The notes: generated from the letters alone by a model not told the origin. DNA of 64,000 nt from an uncultured delta proteobacterium (GCA_963808625.1 CAWEHK010000039.1:49412-113411), one strand, 5' to 3'. Positions 53,094 to 64,000 are shown, counted from the first letter of the stretch. Program-made: numbers and translations.

Positions 53094-54395
53094 ATGCCCA
53101 AAACCTATGTTTTGGATACCAATGTACTGCTGCACAACCCATCCGCACTGTTAGCCTTCGAGGAAAATGATGTTGTCATTCCGTTGGTAGTCATCGAGGA
53201 AATCGACAATCAAAAAAAGCGACAAGATGAAATTGGAAGAAATGCCCGGCTCGTTTCGAAAGAACTGGACAGCCTGCGGGGACAGGGGCGACTCTCCGCG
53301 GGCGTAAGGCTGGCATCCGGGGGGAAAGTTCGAATCGAAGTCAATCATCAGAATATGGTTAAGTTCCCCGGCGGTTTGGATGCCACGAAGTACGACAATC
53401 GAATTCTTGCCGTGGTCCTCAACCTTAAAAAGCAGAAGAAAGGTCCCGTCATTTTGGTCACGAAGGACCTGAATCTGCGCATAAAAGCCGATGTCATAGG
53501 CATCGCTGCGGAGGACTTCCACAATGACAAAGTTGATTATCATCACCTGTACACCGGTGTGGGTGAAATCCACGTCAGCACCAGTGAAATGGATGCCTTC
53601 TTTCGCAGCGGCCGGCTGAAGGCGAATGGAAGGTTCCAAGGACTGCCCCACCAGTTCTTTCTGCTCAAGAACCATGACAATCCGTCTCAGTCGGCGCTTG
53701 CCCGACACTTCGAGAACACCCTCTGGCCTCTGGTTCACGCCGATTCCGTCAACTGGGGCATTAAAGCGCACAACAAAGAACAAAGATTTGCCATGGAGCT
53801 CTTATTGAATGACCACATCAAGATTGTGTCCCTTGTTGGATGCGCCGGGACGGGAAAGACCCTCCTTGCCCTCGCCGTGGGGCTGGAAAAGGTCATCGAA
53901 GAGAATGCTTACAGCAGACTCCTTGTCACTCGTCCGGTAACGCCCATGGGCGATGATCTCGGCTACCTCCCCGGCACAAAGGAGGACAAACTGCGTCCCT
54001 GGATGCAACCCATTTACGATAATCTTGAGTTTCTCCTGCGAGATTGTCAGGATTCGCCCGACATGCTTCAGGACTGGACTCGACGGGGAATCCTGGAAAT
54101 GGAACCTTTGACCTATATTCGGGGACGCTCGATTCCCAAGCAGTTCGTGATCTGTGACGAAGCTCAAAATCTTTCTCCCCACATGGTTAAGACCCTCGTG
54201 ACTCGCGTCGGCGAGGGGACCAAGATCGTTTTCACCGGCGATCCGGAACAGATTGACCATCCCTACCTCGACGCAAGCAGCAACGGCTTGACCTATCTCG
54301 TTGAAAGGCTAAAGGGAGAAGGAATTGCCGGTCACGTCACCCTGGTCAAAGGTGAGCGCTCAAAAGTGGCGGAACTGGCAGCGAAATTGCTATGA
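53094..54395 (+). CDS. phoH: PhoH family protein with N-terminal PIN domain (PhoH2)
   Basis: VLDTNVLLH, DNRIL, TKDLNLR, GCAGTGKT, GYLPG, IRGRS, DEAQN, GDPEQID. Confidence 0.93.
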   Translation: MPKTYVLDTNVLLHNPSALLAFEENDVVIPLVVIEEIDNQKKRQDEIGRNARLVSKELDSLRGQGRLSAGVRLASGGKVRIEVNHQNMVKFPGGLDATKYDNRILAVVLNLKKQKKGPVILVTKDLNLRIKADVIGIAAEDFHNDKVDYHHLYTGVGEIHVSTSEMDAFFRSGRLKANGRFQGLPHQFFLLKNHDNPSQSALARHFENTLWPLVHADSVNWGIKAHNKEQRFAMELLLNDHIKIVSLVGCAGTGKTLLALAVGLEKVIEENAYSRLLVTRPVTPMGDDLGYLPGTKEDKLRPWMQPIYDNLEFLLRDCQDSPDMLQDWTRRGILEMEPLTYIRGRSIPKQFVICDEAQNLSPHMVKTLVTRVGEGTKIVFTGDPEQIDHPYLDASSNGLTYLVERLKGEGIAGHVTLVKGERSKVAELAAKLL

Positions 54396-54629
54396 GTCTT
54401 GCGCAAAAAACAGCCTTTGATTATTCCACGATCAACCTTTGGGCTTGTCTGAATGCGCTTACGGTCGATATAGTGATTGCGGCATCTTCCCTGTCTGGTT
54501 TGCCGCCCCTTCCAGATCCCACAATTTGGGCCTTGAGCTGATGATGAAGAGCGGGAAGGGTGCAAAGCCGCAACCAGCAAGAGCGAGGGGTGATCCTGGG
54601 CAGCGCTTGTGATTCATCTCTATCAGAAG

Positions 54630-54998
54630 TCACGCGACCTTTCGCCACTGTAGGGTTTCGGTCTTCCTCTTGCACTGAATGCATACGGTCGTCATGGGGT
54701 GAGCCTTCAATCGGGCAAGACCGATGCTTTCACCGCATTCCGCACAGATGCCGAAATCTCCCCTGCTGATCCGCTGCAGGGCAGTATTGATCTCAAATAC
54801 TGATTTGCGGCTCCGATGCTGCATTCGTATCATGGCCTCCCAGGCCGATCGGTTGGTGGTCGCATCGACCTCGTCCATAGGGTCCCTGTTATCACCCTTT
54901 TCGTCCAGGTTTGACAGCGCGATCACGATGCCACGTTCGACTTCAGTAAGGTGGGCATGTAAGATCTCTCTAAAGTATTCAAGTGTTCCTTCATCCAT
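54630..54998 (-). CDS. TraR/DksA family C4 zinc-finger protein
   Basis: DEVDAT coiled-coil tip, GICAECGESI..ARL...CIQCK; GGAGG RBS. Confidence 0.9.
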   Translation of the reverse strand: MDEGTLEYFREILHAHLTEVERGIVIALSNLDEKGDNRDPMDEVDATTNRSAWEAMIRMQHRSRKSVFEINTALQRISRGDFGICAECGESIGLARLKAHPMTTVCIQCKRKTETLQWRKVA

Positions 54999-55371
54999 GA
55001 AATCTCCTCCATTAACTGAAAGGGAAACAGTCAGACTGCTCTTGCCATAAGGCAAACAACCGTAGTGAGCATGGCGTAGTTGGGTTTCAGGAAAATGCCA
55101 AAAGTGTGAAGATTGTATGAACTCCGCAAGAGGTTAGGTTATCACGAAGGCAGAAACTGCTCGCCCCGCCCCCCTCAAGGCCAGAGTGCACCGAATGTTT
55201 TCTTCCCTGAAACAGGAATGCCATCTTCATGGCTTAGCCTTAAGATCGTCTTCTCCGTGATGACCGGGATGGAGCCGTTGGCACCGGGGTTGAATAACGG
55301 CTTGTGAATGATTAGAAGGCCTGACTGCATAGAAAGTTGATGCTTCTGGGTATTTGAGAAGGAGAAATCGT

Positions 55372-56457
55372 ATGAATGAAAATGTCAACCCAGAGGATCT
55401 CTTGCCGGAAGAATGTGCAAGGAAGATTCTCGAAATGAGCGGCGTCAAGTTTGAGCCTGAGATCGCCGCTGACCTGTGGGCAAAAATCCTTCAGCACAAG
55501 TGGCTCTTGTCGGAAAAGGTCGGAAGAGACGTCGGATTCCGGACCGCATGCATAGATTTTCTGGAAAACATGGAACAGGCCCTTGATGAATACATGACCT
55601 ACAAGCGGCGGGATATCCTCATTGAGATGGGGGCTCAAACGATGGGAAGAGAAGTCTGGGACACCATCTCTGACTCCCAACCGCCCAAACAGCTTGTTCA
55701 GCGAAGGATCATCCTGCCGCTGACGGAAGAGGACATTTCCAGAAAGCACGGGGTGACTCCTCCCAAGAGCATTATTTTCTTTGGTCCTCCGGGGACCGGG
55801 AAGACCCATTTCGTGAAGGCGATAGCAGGGATCCTGTCATGGTGGTACGTGGAGATTGCCCCCAGTATGCTTATGGAGGATGGCACGGAGAAGGTGGGCG
55901 CCAACCTCAGAAGAGTCATGGAAAAGGCGCGAAAACTTGAGGAGGCCGTTATTTTTATTGATGAGTTTGAAGAACTGGCGGCCTGTCGTGATCATGCGGA
56001 TCGCCTGGACAAGTCCATTACCAACGAATTTCTGAAACAGGTCCCGCTCTTCAAGAATGAAGCGAGCAAGGTGTTGCTCGTGTGCGCCACCAACTATATT
56101 CGACAGTTGGACCCCGCCTTGCTCCGACCGGGCAGGTTTGACTGTATCATTCCGGTCGGTGGCTTAAATGATGACGAGCGAAGAACTATTCTGGAATACT
56201 ATCTCTCCAGGTTGAATACGGGTGAAATCGATATCGATCGCATCGTTAAGGAAACCTCGAGGTTCACTCCTGCCGATATCCAGTACCTTTTTGAACAGGT
56301 GGCTCAGTTTGCCTTTGAACATGAAATCGCCAGGAAGGAGGACCACAAGGTCACCACCGAGACCATTTTTCAGATCATGCCCAAAGTCCGTCCTTCGTTG
56401 ACCGATGAAATCCTCGAGGAGTTTGAGCGAGACAGCCATACCTATGCCCGTGTTTGA
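55372..56457 (+). CDS. AAA+ ATPase with DUF4032-like N-terminal helix motif
   Basis: [43 protein letters not shown]. Confidence 0.88.
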   Translation: MNENVNPEDLLPEECARKILEMSGVKFEPEIAADLWAKILQHKWLLSEKVGRDVGFRTACIDFLENMEQALDEYMTYKRRDILIEMGAQTMGREVWDTISDSQPPKQLVQRRIILPLTEEDISRKHGVTPPKSIIFFGPPGTGKTHFVKAIAGILSWWYVEIAPSMLMEDGTEKVGANLRRVMEKARKLEEAVIFIDEFEELAACRDHADRLDKSITNEFLKQVPLFKNEASKVLLVCATNYIRQLDPALLRPGRFDCIIPVGGLNDDERRTILEYYLSRLNTGEIDIDRIVKETSRFTPADIQYLFEQVAQFAFEHEIARKEDHKVTTETIFQIMPKVRPSLTDEILEEFERDSHTYARV

Positions 56458-56492
56458 GGGACCATGCTGAGCGGCCGTCCAAAATCGCAGAC

Positions 56493-56633
56493 TCACTTAT
56501 GCCGGCCTTGCCTCAGTTCAAACGCTCCAACAACCATTGGGTTGCCCGTCGATAGTCTTTGGTGAGTGTTTACCGCAGACGTCGTTTTCCCGACACCCCC
56601 CTTGTGGTTGGCGAACGAAAGGATCCTCTTCAT
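56493..56633 (-). pseudogene. Truncated ParA/Soj-family ATPase remnant (46 aa)
   Basis: Manual translation MKRILSFANHKGGVGKTTSAVN followed by unrelated sequence and a stop; GGAGG RBS. Confidence 0.75.
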
Positions 56634-56705
56634 GCTGTTGCCTCCATGCCGTCGGCCTCTCTACGTGAAAGAATCACCGCCCTGCTTCAGGACGATACCT
56701 GAAGC

Positions 56706-57332
56706 TCACATGAGCTTCGGGAATGCTCCCTGGATGCCCCCGATGATGAACTGAATGCCGAGGGCCAGGGTGATGAGGCCGAAGATCTTCGACAGAACGT
56801 CCATGCCGGTTTCCCCCAGGAGCCGGATGATGGAGGTGGAGTAGCGGAAGGACAGATAGATGATGAATGTCATGCAGATGATGGCGCCGAAGAGGTTGAG
56901 TGCCAGCTTGCCGGAATGATGAAACTGCTGGGTAAAGAGGATGACCGTCGACATGGTTCCGGCTCCGGTGGTGAGGGGGATCGAAATCGGGATGACCGCC
57001 ATGGAAATCATTTTCGAGAAGGAGGATGGACCCGTGGCCACGATCACCTGTCGGGACGAGTTCATCATCGCCAGGCCCGTGTTGACGAGAAGGAGTCCTC
57101 CGGCGATCCGGAACGCGCTGATGCTGATTTCGAAAAAGTTCAGTATGGTCATTCCGGTCAACATGGCGGTGATCATGGTGATGAACGAGGTCATTGTAGC
57201 GATGAAGCAGAGCTTGTGCTGTTCCCGAGGATTCAGCCCCTCGCAGAGCTCCAGATAGAGAGGAATCGCGGGAATGTTGTTGGCGACGGCGATAAGACCA
57301 AGGAGATAATGTTGAAAGGAAAGCTCATTCAT
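56706..57332 (-). CDS. MarC family membrane protein
   Basis: ISISAFRIAGGLLL, IPISIPLTTGAG, LGETGMDVLSKIFGL. Confidence 0.9.
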   Translation of the reverse strand: MNELSFQHYLLGLIAVANNIPAIPLYLELCEGLNPREQHKLCFIATMTSFITMITAMLTGMTILNFFEISISAFRIAGGLLLVNTGLAMMNSSRQVIVATGPSSFSKMISMAVIPISIPLTTGAGTMSTVILFTQQFHHSGKLALNLFGAIICMTFIIYLSFRYSTSIIRLLGETGMDVLSKIFGLITLALGIQFIIGGIQGAFPKLM

Positions 57333-57669
57333 GAGGAACATCCTCCTCCAGTAAAGCATACGGAATGATCACCATCGCATCGCACTCCACTCAAGTTCCT
57401 GATAACAATAATACCGTTACTGTCCCCGGTTCACAATGCTTTTACAGTGCGGTCCTTCATTCTCTCCGGAAGCGTTGCTCGAAAACGGGCCTTGAGCGGT
57501 TAGGCCTTGGCTTTTGGCAGCGGGAGGAAATACCATGCCTGTGCTCGGAAGCGTGCTATGCTATTGTCGAGATGCCGCATTTCACGGATTGATGTTGCCT
57601 GAACCTGGCGGCTGACAGCTTATCGCCAACCGTTTTCGATTTCCATGCGAACCCTCAGGTGAGGCAACC

Positions 57670-60600
57670 ATGAAAACGGAAAGTTCCTCAACCATACGCG
57701 TCGTTCATCAGGTGCGGGGCCGCGCCCGGCTGGCCGTTCCCGGTTTGTACCGATCCGGAGCAGTGGCCGGGCATTTGAACCAGGTTCTCACCCGCTCCCT
57801 TGGAATCAAGCGTGTCTCACCAAACGCCGTAACAGGAAACTTGCTTGTCCTGTTTGAGGAACCCCACTCCATAGCCACAGTGCTTTCCCTGGTTGCCGGG
57901 GTGATGCGGGAATTTGAGAGTCCCCGGCCTCGCGATACGCTCCCGGGCCCGTCTGACCCGCTCAGTCCGTCGCCCGGTGAATCGCTGGAGAAGACGGAAG
58001 AGCTGCTCATTGCGGGGGAGAAGGAAGGCGCGCATCGATTTCCGGATGAACCCCTGCGCCCATGGCACTCCCTCGAGCCGACTCAGACGGCCTCGTACTT
58101 CGGCACCTCTCTTGAGTGCGGATTGACTCACGCTGCCGTCCGGAGCCGACAACTGCAGTATGGTTCGAATGCTCTGCCGGGAATGGCCGCCCGCTCATTT
58201 CTTGCCATTGCGAAGGCTCAGATGATCTCCCTGCCGATCCTGCTCACTGGAGCTGCAGCAGGCCTTGCCGTGGCCACCGGAAGGGTGGCCGGGGGACTGC
58301 TGGCTTTGGGGGTGGCTCTGGTGAACGCTGCCGTGGGTTGTATCACGGAATATCGAGCGGAAAGGTCACTCGAAGTGGTGAAGCAAGCGGTCCAATTGCA
58401 GGCCGTTGTTTTTCGCGAAGGCGAGCTCAAGACAGTTCCATTCGACGAAGTTGTCCCCGGCGAGGTGATCGACCTCCAGGTTGGCTCCCGCGTCCCCGCC
58501 GACGCCCGCGTCATTCACACCAACGGTCTGAGTGTCGATGAGTCGGCCCTTACCGGTGAGAGCGTCCCCGTCGTGAAATCCGCTGCGAAGCTGGAGACCG
58601 CAGACAGTGCCATGATCCAGCGGCGCAATATGGTCTATCGCGGGACGTTGGTGGTGGAAGGCAGTGGCCGCGCACTGGTGGTAGCCATCGGTGAAAATAC
58701 CGTTTTGGGAAAACTCCAGGGATTCCTGGGAGAAGTCTTTCCCCCCGAGGCCCTGGTTGCAAAGGACATGAGGCGGATTGCCCGGCACCTCATCGTGCTG
58801 GGATTCGGCACCTCTATCCTCAGCCTGGGCATTTGCCTGTTGCGCGGACTTGGTCTGCTGAGTGCTCTCCGCGAAAGCCTCTCCCTCTTTGCCGGAGCCC
58901 TCCCGTCGGGGCTTTCAACCCTTGCGATCAGCGCTTTTGCCCTGGGACATCGAGAAATCAGCCGCAACCGCGTGCTGGTTCGACGGCTTCGGGCCCTCGG
59001 AAGTCTGGCCTCGATACAGGTCGTCTGTTTTGACAAGACCGGCACCCTCACCCGGAACCGCATGACCGTGACCGAGCTTCATGTCGGCACCAGGCACGTC
59101 TGGGTGGAGGGTTCCGAGTTTTTCGGCGCGGACAGCAGACTGCAACCGCTTGCCGATCCCGATGTCGGATGGCTGATCACCCTCGGGGTGCTCTGCAATG
59201 AAGCAGCCCTCGTCGAAGAACGCGGGCATCGATCCATTGAGGGCTCATCCACGGAGCAATCCATCATCCGGTTGGCCTTGGATGCCGGCTTTGATCCGGT
59301 TGCATTGCGTTCCCGGTATCCGCTCACCGACATTGCCCATCGCACAGAGGAACATCATTTCATGGTCACCACTCACCGGTGGACGGAGCAGACCACCCTA
59401 CTGGCGGTGAAGGGAAGTCCCCTGGAGGTGATGGAGCGGTGCAGCCATATCTGTCGCGGGGGTGCCGTCGTCCCCCTTGAAGAGAGCGATCGTCATCGCA
59501 TCGAGATGGAAAACTCGATGATGGCCGGCGGCGGTTTGCGCGTGCTGGGGGCAGCCTGCCGCTGGGAAGAGGGAAATGCAATGCGGGCGACGCTCAATGA
59601 CGAGCCCGGACTGGCGTGGGTCGGGCTCTTCGGCTTGGAGGATCCACTCAGGGAAGAAGCGAAACCTCTCATCGAGTCCCTTCAGCGGGCAGGCATCAAA
59701 ACCGCCGTCATAACCGGCGACCAAAGCCTGACCGCCTATCACATCGGAGACAAGCTGGGGTTGAGTGGTGATGGGGCCTTAAGCATCCTGGATGCGACCG
59801 ATTTGAACCAGCTCAGCGCGGCAGGGTTGCGCAGTGTGGTAACCCGGGCCCATGTTTTTGCCCGCTTGAGTCCCGCCCAGAAGCTTCAAGTCATCCAGGC
59901 TTATCAGAGTGAAGGCTTGAGTGTCATGATGGTCGGTGACGGGTTCAATGACGTTTTGGCTTTGAAGGTTTCCGATGTGGGCGTTGCCATGGGCATAGAG
60001 GGAGCTGATCTCGCCAGGCAAAGCGCTGATTTGGTGCTGGAAGATGACGACCTCAGAGCCGTCATGGCAGCCATTGCCCAGGGCCGTTCCTTTTACCGCA
60101 ATTTACGGGGGAGTGTGCGCTATTTGCTCACCACCAGCCAGACCGATCTCCTTCTGGAACTATCGGCCAGGACCGGTTTCCTCAACCAGGGCGCCGGCCT
60201 CGGACATGCTTTCTGGACGAACCTGATGTGCCTTTCCCTGGCTCATGAACCCGCTCTGGAAGATGCCGGCCGACTGATGACCCCGGATGGTCGGGAGGGG
60301 TTGCTGCAGGGGCATGAGGTGGGAGATGCCCTGTGGGATTCCGCGGGCATCATTGCCTGCGCCGGCGCTGCGGGCGGTTACGGGATGCTGAGATATGGCG
60401 CCGGGGAAGATGCCGGCCGTTTGTTCATGCGCAGTGCCACCATCAATCAACACCTTTTCGCACGATCCTGTCGCGAAGGGCACGAAGGATACGGCCGGGG
60501 TGAAACCTTCCAACACCCTCCTGCATCTGATCGTCGGCACAGCCATCGGCACGCAGCTGGCAGCCATCCTGTTCCCCGGTCTCGGCGTGTCCCTGCGGAC

Positions 60601-60706
60601 ATTCGCTTCCTCCCTGGCCGACGCCGCTGTGTTGGGTCTGGCCGGTCTCTCCTCCAGAGCACTCCTCACCGCAGTGGAAAACAGGCGGAGACTAGAAGAG
60701 ATTTGA
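57670..60706 (+). CDS. P-type ATPase (P2-like) with N-terminal HMA2 domain and non-canonical ion site, indel near 60490
   Basis: VPADAR, LTGES, DKTGT, KGSP, DPLR, TGD, GDGFND; M4 reads LPSGL; C-terminal TMs in ORF 60395-60706. Confidence 0.88.
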
Positions 60707-60847
60707 CACATGGATGTCACGGAATGATCATGATTACGCAATGTTCCAACCCTAGAATGAATCCTGAATCGAATCCCGTAGCATTTGATTTCCTGAAAAA
60801 CTTGAAATCCGGTGAAGCCGAGAGGAGTGTTGACGCTGAAAAAGGGA

Positions 60848-61897
60848 ATGTCAGTTGCCAGAAATAAAGTGCTCCATTTTTCCAAACGAAATGGGCCGGT
60901 GGATGATGCCATAGACACGCTGATGGGACTGGTGGGGGATGTCCGGCATCCTGAGTTTGTGCGCGAGATGATCCTTACGGCCCTCAAGGCGGGACAAGAG
61001 GACCCCGGAAGGGCGGAACTCAAGCTGATGACGTCGACTCTCAAGGAGTTGCGCTATACCGCGAAAGTATTCAGCCGGTACCGGGGAGTGAAAAAAGTGA
61101 CCATGTTCGGTTCCGCCAGGGTCAAGCCCGACACCACCACCTACCGGATGGCTCGATTACTGGGCGAGAGGCTCGCACAGCAAGGGTACATGGTGATCAC
61201 CGGCGGGGGTGGGGGTATCATGCAGGCTGGAAACGAGGGGGCCGGGCCGGAGCACTCATTCGGGGTGAACATCTCCCTGCCTTTTGAAACAGAACCCAAT
61301 TACATCCTTCAAGGAAGTCCTCGAAGCATCACCTACAAATACTTTTTCAACCGGAAGGTGGCTTTTATTAAAGAAGCCGATGCCGTGGCTCTCTTTCCCG
61401 GCGGCTTCGGCACCCTGGATGAGGCCATGGAGGTGCTCACTCTGGTCCAAACCGGCAAGTGCCCTCCCATTCCTCTGGTGCTGGTGGATGAACCGGGCGG
61501 CACCTACTGGTCCCACTGGAAGCGCTATGTCGAGACGGAACTGGCGGCAAGAGGCTATATCAGCCGGGACGACTTCAGCCTGTTCGACCTGGTGCAATCG
61601 GTGGAGGATGCGGTTGCCATCATTGATCGCTTCTACCGACGCTACCACAGCCTGCGGTTGGTCGGGGAACGGCTGGTCATTCGACTGACTTCAATGCCGC
61701 CCGAGGAGAACGTCGCTAAATGGAGAGAAGCGTTTGAGGATATTCTGAAGCCATGCGGCGAGTTGTTCCTTTCTCAAGCCCTGCCCGAGGAGGCTGATGA
61801 GCCCGATATTGCCCATCTGCCGCGCCTGGTGATGGATTTCAACCGGAGGCATTACGGTCGCCTGCGGCAGCTGATTGATGCCGTCAACGCTGGGTAA
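60848..61897 (+). CDS. LOG family nucleotide monophosphate nucleosidase
   Basis: FGSAR, TGGGGGIM, FFNRK, PGGFGTLDE. Confidence 0.9.
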   Translation: MSVARNKVLHFSKRNGPVDDAIDTLMGLVGDVRHPEFVREMILTALKAGQEDPGRAELKLMTSTLKELRYTAKVFSRYRGVKKVTMFGSARVKPDTTTYRMARLLGERLAQQGYMVITGGGGGIMQAGNEGAGPEHSFGVNISLPFETEPNYILQGSPRSITYKYFFNRKVAFIKEADAVALFPGGFGTLDEAMEVLTLVQTGKCPPIPLVLVDEPGGTYWSHWKRYVETELAARGYISRDDFSLFDLVQSVEDAVAIIDRFYRRYHSLRLVGERLVIRLTSMPPEENVAKWREAFEDILKPCGELFLSQALPEEADEPDIAHLPRLVMDFNRRHYGRLRQLIDAVNAG

Positions 61898-62333
61898 AGG
61901 AGCCCGCCTCGCCCGATCATGACTTGCTTCCCGGGTTGATCGGGTCAGTCTCCGCCTTATTCTCGATGCCGTGCTTTTCATTGATATCCACTTCAATTGT
62001 TTCTCTTCTCCTATATTTCACTTTCCCGACACACTGCCGAAACCTGATTCGTGAAGGATAACTCCTGCTTCAATATCTCAAATGATCCACTAAGCCCGCG
62101 AAGGAGGTGATTTTCACTTGAGTGGTCCAGGATCAATCTCCTGCAAAGGGGAATGAGATGCCCAAGGGCATAAGAACGGGATTTGAAGTGCACCCCCGAA
62201 AAGGCCGCTTTCTTTGGGCGCCGCCGTGAGTTCTTTGCGGAAAAGGGGCGACCCGAGAGGTGGTTAGGTTTGGGACGCTTTTTTCAATCCACGCATGTCA
62301 AAACAGGAAAACAGAAGATGAAAGGAGAGTAAA

Positions 62334-63442
62334 GTGAAAATCATGCAGAAGTTCTGCAGCATTTTGGCAGTGTTGGCTATCTTCGGGTTGTGCGCTTTGC
62401 CGGTGTCGGCCGAGAGTCAACCCTCCACGGAGTCGTCGTTGAAGCTCCGGTTCCACAAGAACAAGCAGTTCAAGATCGTGCAATTCACGGACACACAGGA
62501 TGACCATGAAATCGACCCCAGAACGGTGGCTCTCATGGAGGCTGTTCTGGACGATCAGAAGCCGAACCTCGTGGTCTTCACGGGGGATAACATCAACGGC
62601 GGCCCCAAGGCCTCCGCCGATGTGGCTAAAGCCATCGAGAATATCATCAAACCGGTGGAAGACAGGGCCATCCCCTGGCTGGTCACTTTCGGCAATCATG
62701 ATGAAGACCATCTGGCATCGACCGGTGTAGACGAAGCTGCCATGCTCGATATTTACATGGCCTATCCGCACAACCTGAACCGGCCGAGCCCCAAGGGGTC
62801 GATGGCACGGGCAACATGAACGTTTTCATCAATTCGTCAAAAGGGAACAAACCGGCTTTCAACATCTGGGCTTTGGACTCCGGCCGTTACGCACCGGACA
62901 AAATCGCCGACCAGGTCCTCCAAGAAGATTTTCTCCTGGGATGGACCTGGATGCCTGACTGGGATTGGATCAAGCCCAGTCAGATCGCCTGGTACCGCCT
63001 CCGGTCGGCAAGCATCGAAAAGAACCAGGGCAAGAAGATACCTGGTCTCATGTTTTTTCACATCCCCCTTCAAGAATTCCGAACCATGTATGAAAACCAC
63101 CTCCATAAGGTCAACGCCGGCTTGGCGGATCAGCATGGAGTCATTGGTGAAAGACATGAAGACGAATGCCCCGGGCCTTTCAACAGCGGCCTGCTCTCAG
63201 CCATTCTCGAACGCGGTGATGTGAAGGGGGTGTTTGTCGGCCACGACCACGTAAACAACTATGTCGGGAACTATTTTGGAGTGGTTCTGGGATATTCGGC
63301 CAACACGGGATTCGGCACCTACGGGTTGGAAGGGACCGAGAAAGACCGTCTACGGGGAGCCCGCGTTTTCGTCCTGGACGAACGGAACCTCAGCACTTTT
63401 GATACCTATATGGTCTATGCCAAGGATTACGGCATCCAGTAG
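62334..63442 (+). CDS. Secreted calcineurin-like metallophosphoesterase (Dcr2-like), indel near 62795
   Basis: Signal peptide; FKIVQFTD, FTGDN, FGNHD, FFHIP, GHDHVN. Confidence 0.88.
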
Positions 63443-63566
63443 CAGCTACTTCACGACAGAGTGAAGACACACGTCCAGCGAACGGGTGAGGCGTGCCTCC
63501 GGCACCCTCACCCCGGGTTCAACACTTCTGCAACCCTCTCCCTTCGTCAACCACCTCACAGGAACC

Positions 63567-63604
63567 GTAACAGAACGTTCACTTGCTCTTAACATGATCG
63601 TAAC
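63567..63604 (+). promoter_or_regulatory. Pho-box-like array upstream of the second metallophosphoesterase
   Basis: GTAAC 63567, TTCAC 63578, TTAAC 63589, GTAAC 63600. Confidence 0.75.
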
Positions 63605-63704
63605 GATTTCCTGCAAACTTTGATCTACCTTGTGTTGCAAGCGTGTTCAGGAGACAAGCTTTTATTGTGGATTTCAGAAGTGAGCTTAAAGGAGACATTT
63701 TGCG

Positions 63705-64000
63705 ATGAAGAGTCTGTCAAAGTTAAGGTGTTATTCACAGTTACTGTTTTTGGGGTTGTTGTCGGTCGTGTTTTGGAGCGGCGTTCAGGCGGGCGATGCC
63801 GGCGCGGCGTACCTCGTCAAGCCTTTCACCATTGCCGTGCTGCCCGATACGCAGGTCTACTGCGAGGAAGAGGAAAATACCCATCTGTTCGAGCGGCAAG
63901 TTCAGTGGATTCTTGACAATGCAAAACAAAAGAACATCGTCTTCATGAGCCATCTGGGTGATGTGGTTGACAACGGCAGGGATGTTGATCAATGGAGTCG
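63705..64000 (+). CDS. Secreted metallophosphoesterase, 5' part (runs off the window)
   Basis: Manual translation MKSLSK...signal peptide...FTIAVLPDTQ...HLGDVVD; AAGGAG RBS. Confidence 0.82.
   Translation, partial: MKSLSKLRCYSQLLFLGLLSVVFWSGVQAGDAGAAYLVKPFTIAVLPDTQVYCEEEENTHLFERQVQWILDNAKQKNIVFMSHLGDVVDNGRDVDQWS

Noticed and set aside
5947..63442. Widespread pseudogenisation or programmed frameshifting
   Set aside because: Indels hit conserved genes (pstB, phoB, phoR, ldcA) without in-frame decay. One repeat unit is 229 bp versus 231 bp from two 1-bp deletions. This is most consistent with long-read error; short-read polishing would decide.

Overview
A 64-kb chromosomal window, most likely from a Desulfobacterota (deltaproteobacterial, Syntrophobacteraceae-like) anaerobe; the taxonomy is inferred from gene content only. 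Many genes are split by 1-bp indels. These look like uncorrected long-read errors, so split genes are reported as single CDSs with approximate coordinates. Layout: (1) 1-4 kb, a TauE/SafE - membrane protein - Usp - response regulator - PEP-synthase-like operon. (2) 4.5-12.2 kb, a surface-protein locus: exosortase, SEC-C-tailed partner, a sigma54-driven repeat-rich DUF1566/beta-helix protein and an IPTL-CTERM substrate. (3) 12.6-31 kb, housekeeping genes: ilvA, ftsH, folP, coaX, ldcA-serine hydrolase-mpl, queH, orphan porC/porD and a PP2C phosphatase. (4) 31-64 kb, a ~33-kb phosphate-starvation island: pstSCA facing phoU-pstB-phoR-phoB, a methyltransferase-PSD-PHP/GT4 operon, a saccharopine-dehydrogenase-like gene with phnX-phnW, HMA2 proteins, an OlsF-like acyltransferase, PhoH, DksA, a non-canonical P-type ATPase, LOG and two secreted metallophosphoesterases. 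At least seven 11-bp-periodic Pho-box-like arrays can be read upstream of genes in this island. Intergenic DNA carries heptamer tandem arrays (one inverted pair encloses a four-helix-bundle gene), GTAG-type REP pairs and GTCATTCC palindromic elements. No rRNA, tRNA, CRISPR array, transposase or reverse transcriptase was seen.
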